Positions 45,751-53,387 of a stretch of DNA of 53,387 bases are shown piece after piece (position 1 is the stretch's first letter; each line of letters starts with the position of its first letter). The position numbers were made by a program, and so were the translations under genes. The notes below the pieces were generated by a model. It saw only the letters and a list, made by a program, of their open reading frames with translations, was not told where the DNA came from and did not search any database. Source of the DNA: Catajapyx aquilonaris (Eukaryota); contig KZ538379.1 of assembly GCA_000934665.2 (NCBI GenBank), forward strand, positions 62,001 through 115,387, given 5' to 3'.

Positions 45751-48700
45751 ACTATCCAAACAAATGTGCATTACTATACATTAAAAACTCAGAAAAAGTG
45801 CAAATCACTCTAAAAGTCCCATTTCTAGTCCAAACATTACATAAAATACTCGAAAAATCGCTCAAAATTAATTCCACGTGCAACTCACGTTCTCGAAAAT
45901 TTTCGCAAGCCCCTCCCTATTTATCATTCGCAAACTCCTTTGCCATACCCTCCTGTTCTAATTGTCCGTAAAGATATATATGTACCACCCGTTATAGGGA
46001 GGTGGCTGGGAGGGGGGGAGGAGGTTGCAATAACGAGCGATACTCAAATCTGATCCGGGTGAGGATTATTGCCTGAATTAATAAGTAGGAGCAACTACCG
46101 GGGTGTAAATCAACTAATCTCGGCCAAGTATCTGGCCTCGAAGCTGCTAGGGGGGGTTCAAGGAAATTAATCTGAGGAGGGGGAAGGAGGGGGGTGGAAT
46201 TTGGCACAATGTTAAAGACTTCGCCAATTATTAATGAAGCAAACTGCTGCGACTTACATTCATCACTCGCAAGCCCCTTACAGGGTGTTACATTCGTCCA
46301 TAGCAATCTGGTTACGTCTATTAGTTGCTAGGGTGAACAAGATTCGCATTGAGATGGGCCACCCTGTGTAGAAATTGGCATTCATCTTGGGGTCTCAATA
46401 ATCTTCAGAATTAACGTCTGGAACAGATTGGACTTACACACCTGCGAAACATTACGCACGTTTTAAAGTGAAGGGGGGCAACGACTTTATTGGCAACGAT
46501 TTGGGCAAATAATGGCTCATTAAGGACCGTAACTCATCCTGATGACTCTTCTGTAGGCGACAAAAAGGTCTGGAAAAAAGAGCGAATACTAATCGACCAG
46601 AGTTTTGAATCACATTGGGCATGTCAATTTTTATAGAGTGAGACAATCGACTTTTCTTGGAGACTGTCCATATATCGTCCATATATCGTCCATATACTGA
46701 TGAAGTATTATTACGAAAGCATTCGTTTTGAGGGAAAAATTTTGCTTAAAATTATATGGTACTTAGGCTAAATTGAGTGACTTTCAAGCTCAAAATATAA
46801 GACAGAACATGAGGATAAACACGACCTTGGATCACACAATGTTTATCCTAAAATCACTCTAAATGAGTGAAACGTGAACTCAAACCAATCTTATAATCTT
46901 ATAATATTTCATATAAATCTTATAGGTTTTTGAGAACAACTAATTTTGAGTTATCTTTAGCTCAAATATATGTGACAGAACATGAGGATACTCGGGTGAT
47001 GACTGAGGACAAACAAAGGCACAGACGCACAGGGGGATTGTCACAAGCACAATTCATTAGTGAACTACCTCCCTGAATTAATAAACGTCAAGCACTTGCC
47101 CATGACGCAGGAGCTATACTACACCGTTGGGAAATAAAGAATCATCTACCCTCCCCAACTTCCATTCCCCAAAATATAACCAGATTTACATATTTCGTGC
47201 CTTTTACGATTGACACTTTTTTAGACAAAAAAAACATTTTTTTAAAGGTTGAAAAAAGTGGATAAACCTTTTCTCCTTAGCGGAGTCCCAAAACTTGCAG
47301 ATAAGACCCCATCCCAGGCGCCCAAGAGTACCACCTGAAAGTTCCCCGACGCGTTCCCATAATTACAACCCTGGCTCTCAGGGGACACATTCCGTCTTTC
47401 AATGGCGCACTTTTGATAGGCTTTCATCCCACTTTGCATTTATTTGCATAAGAGTACAGTAAAAGAAATTATCTCATAAGAAGTTGAAAATAATGTGTCC
47501 CACAAGACTTTACATCCTTCCTTCTCCTTCCCTCCCCCTTCCTTCCCTCCCACCTTGATTGCCGCACTTAAACGGCCTTCCACTATCCAATCTTTGATAA
47601 TATGGAAGCCATACATGCAGGGACTGCATTATACGCATAAATCAACGTGGGGGATGTGCTCTTGGGGGGGGGGGGCACAGTTAGCTCAAGCTCCCTCTGG
47701 CAACGTAAAAAAAATTTGAGCTAAAATTTTCAATCGTTTGGAGTGACTTTAGGTTGAAAGTTATGGGTGTCAAGGTCATCTCAATCTCTCTCATTTTTTG
47801 AGCTAAAATTTCACTCAAAATTAATGATATTCTGAGTTGAAAATTTATTCATTTGAAATTTTATTATATATTGAGCTAAATTATCACTCATTTTGAATGA
47901 TGTTAGGTTGTAAATGAGGGGAGTCAAGGTCATGTTTAGTCTAAGTACCCTATAATGACATCTAATATTTTGAGCTAACAATTGCTATCAAAAATAGTGA
48001 TTCAATGATAATGAGTGAAATTGAGTGAAAATTGCACTCATTTGGAATGAATTTGCGATGAATTTTTTTTAAAGCTACGACCATATGTTTCGCCGACAAT
48101 CTTTTCTAATATTGTTATCACTTATACGTGAAGTGGTTCTCAATATTAGGATTGAAGTCAATAAATATAATGTAAATTTTTGCGTGCTGAAATATTTATT
48201 GTCAGATTATTGTCAGATTTCGCCGATTTCGTCATCTCTAAGCACTGCTCTAGTGCTGGAAATAATTCAAATCCACTCGACTAAAAATCGACCATACATA
48301 TATATTTTTTGCACCAAAAAATGAAGTCGGTCCTAAACGGGGCAAATATTGTAACTCGAGCACTTAGAACATGTAACAGCAAGCTCGGCCTTTGCCCTGC
48401 ACATACACAAACACGTGCTTTTTTTTGAAGTGTACTGAGGGGTGCTGGGGAGGGTTAATCGCCTTATCGCACAATGCATCGTGGGGGGAGGGGGGGTAAT
48501 CGTGATTGGCTCCCTCTGTTATGCTCTGCATCAAAGCCCCCCTTTCCCCCCCGAATATTCATCCCTTTTTTGCAAAAAAAATCGCGACAGAGAGGGATGG
48601 AGAGGGGGGGGGGGCTAGAATAATGCATTTTTGTCCGCCTAATTTTTCCTGCCTAGCTTTTTTTTTTTCGTTCTCTTCATGTTAACAATGTTGGTGAAAT

Positions 48701-49155
48701 CCTGCAATCCTATCAATATTTTTGTAATGCCAGGGTGCAGTAGTCCTCCCCTCCTCTCCCTTATGCGACCCAAAAATCATTGACGGATGATGATTATGCG
48801 ACTTTTTATGCCGATTTTTGTGCCTCGCAGAAATTTCGCCATTTTCCCAACCGCTATTTGCCAGCAAGTTTGTTCCTATTCGTCTAAAACAGGCCTAAAT
48901 GAGTGATATGTTTCTAATATTAGGTTGAATACTATCTCTCATTAAATTTCAATTAATTAAATTAATTGTTAAACAAAATTATCAAAAGTAATCTGCTAAA
49001 TTAGAACTTATTCTGTCAATCAATTGCAATTACAATCATAAAATTAAATTTTAGAATTACAGTACTAAAACTAAATTCTAAAATTACAGTACTAAAACTA
49101 AATTCTAAAATTACAGTGTTGCCAATAAATTTCAAAATTATTTCAATATTACAGA

Positions 49156-49329
49156 ATTAAAATTATAGAATTATTACGTACAGTATTAAAATTATAGAAT
49201 TATTACGTACAGTATTAAAATTATAGAATTATTACGTACAGTATTAAAATTATAGAATTATTACGTACAGTATTTAAATTATAGAATTATTACATACAGT
49301 ATTAAAATTATAGAATTATTACGTACAGT
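49156..49329. repeat. 29-bp minisatellite x about 6, continuing after the MITE to about 49740
   Basis: attaaaattatagaattattacgtacagt repeated. Confidence 0.93.
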
Positions 49330-49692
49330 CAGGGAGCATACTACACATAAGAGGCGCAAACATTCGATTTTTGCGTCTCTCTCTCTCTCTCTCTGCGTTG
49401 CCAAGGCTGGCGGCCATTTTGAAGTGTGTGGAACGCCAACGGTACAGGCAAAAATAGGGTCCGCCATCTTTTATTCACGCGTGTTCTTGCCTTTCTTGGC
49501 ATGTAGTTGCCATGGCCGCCACAATCATCAAAGATGGCGGACCCTATTTTTGCCTGTACCCTATTTATACCTCGTTGGCGTTACGCACTCTTCAAAATGG
49601 CCGCCAGCCTTGGCAACGGCCCCAAACAGAGAGACGCGAACATCAAAGGCGCCGACAGAAGTTTGCGCCTCTTATGTAGTATATGCTCCCTG
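49330..49692. mobile_element. Foldback MITE with 7-bp TSD (P/Galileo-like), copy 2
   Basis: Same termini and body as 436-805. TSD GTACAGT at 49323-49329 and 49693-49699. Interrupts a 29-bp minisatellite. Confidence 0.88.
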
Positions 49693-50789
49693 GTACAGTA
49701 TTAAAATTATAGAATTACGTACAGTATGAAAATTATATAATTACACTATTAAATTTAGTCATTAAATTAAATTAAGTTATTTCTGAGCTGAAACTGTGTT
49801 ACAGGTGGTCCATCATGATTGTTTACCTTTTAAGCACACAGCTGCAGTCTACACCTTCCCCGTTTAAGACAGAGTAAACAAGTTGACTATAATGGTCAAG
49901 ATGTGACGGCCACGAGTAGAGAAGCTTGTCTTGAGGTGACACTTTGGCGTTTCCATCTTGGCTTGGGGGTGAAAAACAGTAGATAGAGATAAAAAAGGGT
50001 GTGGAAAAATAACGTTTCGATCGAGGTGTCATGACAGGCCTGGAGCTCTCGGAACATCCCGGATTTTCGGCTGGTTATGTCGCTGGATTTTTGGCTGACA
50101 TCTGGCTCCATCTATCGGACGATTCACGAACCACGAACTGTCCCGAATAATTTTCTTCTTATTTCCGTCCTAGATTTTTCTCATTTTTTTCCCTCCAAAA
50201 AAACCATATATAAAAATCTTTTCCTGGCAAGCGAGTGGGTGTAAGCCTCTTTAGAAGGAAGCAGGAGGCTTCCTGTTTTGGGGGGAATGGTAGTTCGTTC
50301 ATCCATCAAGGAGCTATAAGAGAGTTCCGCCAAGCCTGAAAAGAGATCAATTCTTTCCTCTTTATAGAAGGAGATGAGATTCATTACCATGCTCAAGTTG
50401 GGAAGAAGGAGGAGGAAGGCAGGAGGAGGAGGATGTCACCCAAGTGCACTTATAATTCGGAACCCCCCCTCCCATCCCCCACCCTCAACAGGATCCCCCT
50501 CTCTATGAAGAAGACTCTTCCTTCTCCTACCATTTTGCTGATGGAAGAAGTAGGGGAGCCTAGTCCTATTTCAAAATTCCATCTAGTGGGCTCAATGAGC
50601 ATCTAGGTCCCCCCGGTTATGATGAGGAAATTGAAACGCGGCCCTGAGTTTACCCTTACAATGTGAGTGCGGGTGGCGTCTAACTGAATTTAAATAATTG
50701 GGTGTACCACCAACCACCCTGCTCAGTCTGTCTTGCAAGGAGCTTCGGTATTAGATTATGGAAAAGAAGGAGTGAAAAAAAACACATTT

Positions 50790-51480
50790 TTTTTGAACAA
50801 ATAGAGAAAACTTTAGGTGTTTTCGGTAAGTTTAGGCTTGGAATTAAAAACTCTGGGCCATAATAGTTAATATTGTTTGGTTGTATTTCCAACAGTGCAT
50901 TTTTCTCGCGGCCATTACATACTCATTTATTTACAGTCTACGAATTCAAAATTAGTTTTCAGAACATTCACTTTTTTGTATTACCAATTAAATTTGTAAC
51001 TTAGGAGTAATAAACACATTTAAAAAAGTTTAAGTGAAGAAATGTATCGCTTTCAAGTAGGCTAAATACATGCTTGGAATTAAAAACTCTGGACCATATA
51101 ATTTTGTTAATATTGTTTGGTTGTAATTTCAGTGTTTCTGTCAGTTATTTTAAACCTCATTTATTTACAATTTGTTTAAAGTGGGTGTGAATTAAACCCA
51201 CAAAAACTATTTGCGAAACATTCAGTCACTTTTCCGTCTATGATTAAATTTTTAGGAGTCAAAAGCACAAAAAAAATTAGACAAAACTTTAGGTGTTTTC
51301 GACAAGTCAATTATTCAGGCTTGGAATTAAAACCTCTGGCACATAATACTAGTGGTAGTTTGTTGTATTTCCAACCCTGCATTTGTCAGTCACTTATTTA
51401 ATCCTCATTTATTTACTAGAACATTTTTTTAATGGCGCAAAAATTATTTTCAGAACCTTCAGTAACTTTTTCGTCCTTAA
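50790..51480. repeat. Diverged triplication of an about 240-bp AT-rich unit
   Basis: gcttggaattaaaa.ctctgg at 50836, 51072 and 51319, each followed by ttgta.ttc and ctcatttattta. Confidence 0.8.
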
Positions 51481-52371
51481 TTTTATTTTTAGTAACATCT
51501 GAACACACTTCATTGTCATTAGTCCTGCACATTTCCGTACTATTTTGCCCCCGTTAAAACTTCAGCCCATATTAAACCCAGATTTAATATTAGAACTCTA
51601 ATTGCATTTGAGCCCAACACCAAGCAGCGTCTGGAGAATACCTAACAGTCCAGTTCCAATAATTAACAACCTTCGCTTATTAACACCTTTCAGCCCCTCA
51701 TCCGAAATAAAATTTTTTACCTTCAGCGTCAACTCTGGTCCTTATTAATACTTTAATGAGACAATCCCAAAGAACTATTTTAGTCCAAATTCAACACGTG
51801 GCGGGCAAGACAAGATTTCATGTGAGGTGTGAGAGTGTTATTAATTAATATCTCACCTTGTCTCCAGGTGGTGTGTCATACTTTCGCGACAAGGTTATGA
51901 CTTTTCTCGAGTGTCTTTTCATGTTTAGCTAATGCTTCACGTATGACTCGTATGGAAGAAAAAAAGTTTTCTTAAAAGAATGTACATCTTCAGGTACTAA
52001 AACCGGTTGAAAGCATCCAAAGCATCTCATTAATATCCTCCAGTGGGGGTTTTTTTCGAAAAAAAAATCTGGGGGGGGGGGGGGGNNNNNNNNNNNNNNN
52101 NNNNNNNNGGGGGGGTTTGCATTAGTGTTGACGTCGCCTCAGAACATACTAGTGGTGTGGAGGATTCTCAAAATAAGCCTATTATAAGGATTCGTAGCTG
52201 GAGCCCCCAAAATGACTCCAGCAAATTGCAACCGGTTTATATGTGGGCCTGGGATGTAATTAGAACACATGATAATTAGTCCTGAGACCTAGGCAGAATA
52301 TGTGTGGAATGGAATTTTGTGAGTCTCAAGTTGCGATTGTTTCGATGGTTGGCACAAAGTGTCTATAGGAT

Positions 52372-52677
52372 TAAGGTAGCAGACCTGACACTGAAATTAG
52401 CAGAGCTGGGCACGCTAACCGAAATTTTTAGCTCAGCTAACTTCCGCTAACAGCTAATTCAGTTAGTAAACCATGGGCGGCGCTAAATTGCTAATGATAA
52501 AACAGCTGGAATGATTAGGGGGGTTTCCACTAACCTTTCTAGCTGTTAAGAATTAGCGATTTGGTGATGTCCATGGTTTTTCTGAGCAAGTTAGCTGTTA
52601 TCGAAAGTTAGCTGTGCCCACCTCTGGAAATTAGCCTCCAAGACAGGTCTACTATACCTTACTCCTTTCCGTGACTG
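52372..52677. mobile_element. Collapsed copy of the 37809-38151 Tc1-like MITE (host of the hAT insertion)
   Basis: Removing 52401-52634 gives taaggtagcagacctgacactgaaattagcctccaaga...ccttactcctttccgtgactg-TA, which contains both TIRs of the 37809 element with no interior. Confidence 0.6.
52401..52626. mobile_element. hAT-type MITE with 8-bp TSD, nested in a Tc1-like remnant
   Basis: TIRs CAGAGCTGGGCA / TGCCCACCTCTG. TSD GAAATTAG at 52393-52400 and 52627-52634. GCTAA/TTAGC subterminal repeats. Confidence 0.85.
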
Positions 52678-53387
52678 TACTCTTCATAAGCCCCATCACA
52701 TACTGAATTTACAGACACATGTTGAGTTGACGTGATATGGGATCAGAACTATTGGGCAAAATGGTCCAGATGTTTCAAACCCATTGAAGCTGGTTTTTTC
52801 CTTCAAGTCCTGGTTTTGTAAGGATTAATTCCGGGTGTTTGAGTCTGATCGCCTCAGGTGCTTCACCTTTCAAGTGGTTTTCTGGGCCTAATCAGAGACT
52901 CCTTTTTTTTGGTCTGTTAAAGGCTTGGTGAGTGGACAGCAAATAAGGTTACGTTTCGGTGGCCGGTTTCAAACGTCTAATTAGCGGGCCATCGCCGTGA
53001 CTTAGGTTCGGTTTTCTTCTACCTGCGATGTGTCTAAAATTGGCTTTAACCGCCGGGTTCAACTGTCATTGTTGGTGAAATATCATGGCTAAAGTCTGTG
53101 CCTCTAAAGTTTGACCATCTATGTGAGGGATATGGTACTACTTCGGGGGTTCGGGCAGTCAGATATTAAGATAATTTACATCTGACCTAACTTGACATTT
53201 TCCCACTTAACCCGCCATTAAAATTGACTTTTGCTTCCACCTTAAGGCTATTAGACTTGAAACCCTGCTATCCGATAAACCCAGCTTTTCTTTAGCAAGA
53301 TGCACTTCCGGCAAGGAGTAAATGGCAGGTAATTAGGTCCAACCCGCAGCGTTTATTTTATCGGTCCAATTACAGCACGCAACGTCC

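Noticed and set aside
46280..46368. Tiny mariner-like MITE (TA-CAGGGTG...CACCCTG)
   Set aside because: Only 7-bp terminal match and no TA on the right; could be chance or a very old remnant.
46690..46735. Minimal hammerhead ribozyme (CTGATGA-AGTATTATTAC-GAAA)
   Set aside because: The core and a 3-bp stem II are present, but the flanks cannot form stem I and the stem III palindrome is broken. Treated as chance.

Overview
This is eukaryotic, most likely arthropod, genomic DNA. It is not a prokaryotic or phage locus, and it has no CRISPR array, rRNA gene or operon. One protein-coding gene is supported: six + strand exons (1221-1406, 9599-9791, 9853-9981, 18189-18308, 35290-35460, 38256-38560) joined by canonical GT-AG introns with consistent phases. 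They give 367 aa of a three-Ig-domain, probably GPI-anchored Dpr-interacting protein, most like Drosophila DIP-beta from memory. The signal peptide and the start of Ig1 lie upstream of the window. The rest is intron, 3' UTR and downstream DNA dense in non-autonomous mobile elements: tRNA-derived SINEs with target-site duplications (TSDs), and foldback MITEs with 7-bp (P/Galileo-like), 8-bp (hAT), 9-bp (MULE) and TA (Tc1/mariner) TSDs. There are also about 20 unrelated mini- and microsatellite islands. Nearly all other ORFs in the track are repeat shadows. I found no clear new enzymatic system. The most unexplained signals are a recurrent three-box motif with freely variable spacers, satellites that sit inside dispersed elements, a diverged triplication that keeps a hairpin and a CTCF-like motif, and regularly spaced CCAAT/CRE, YY1-like and DRE motif arrays. 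All family assignments are by eye and memory; no database searches were run.
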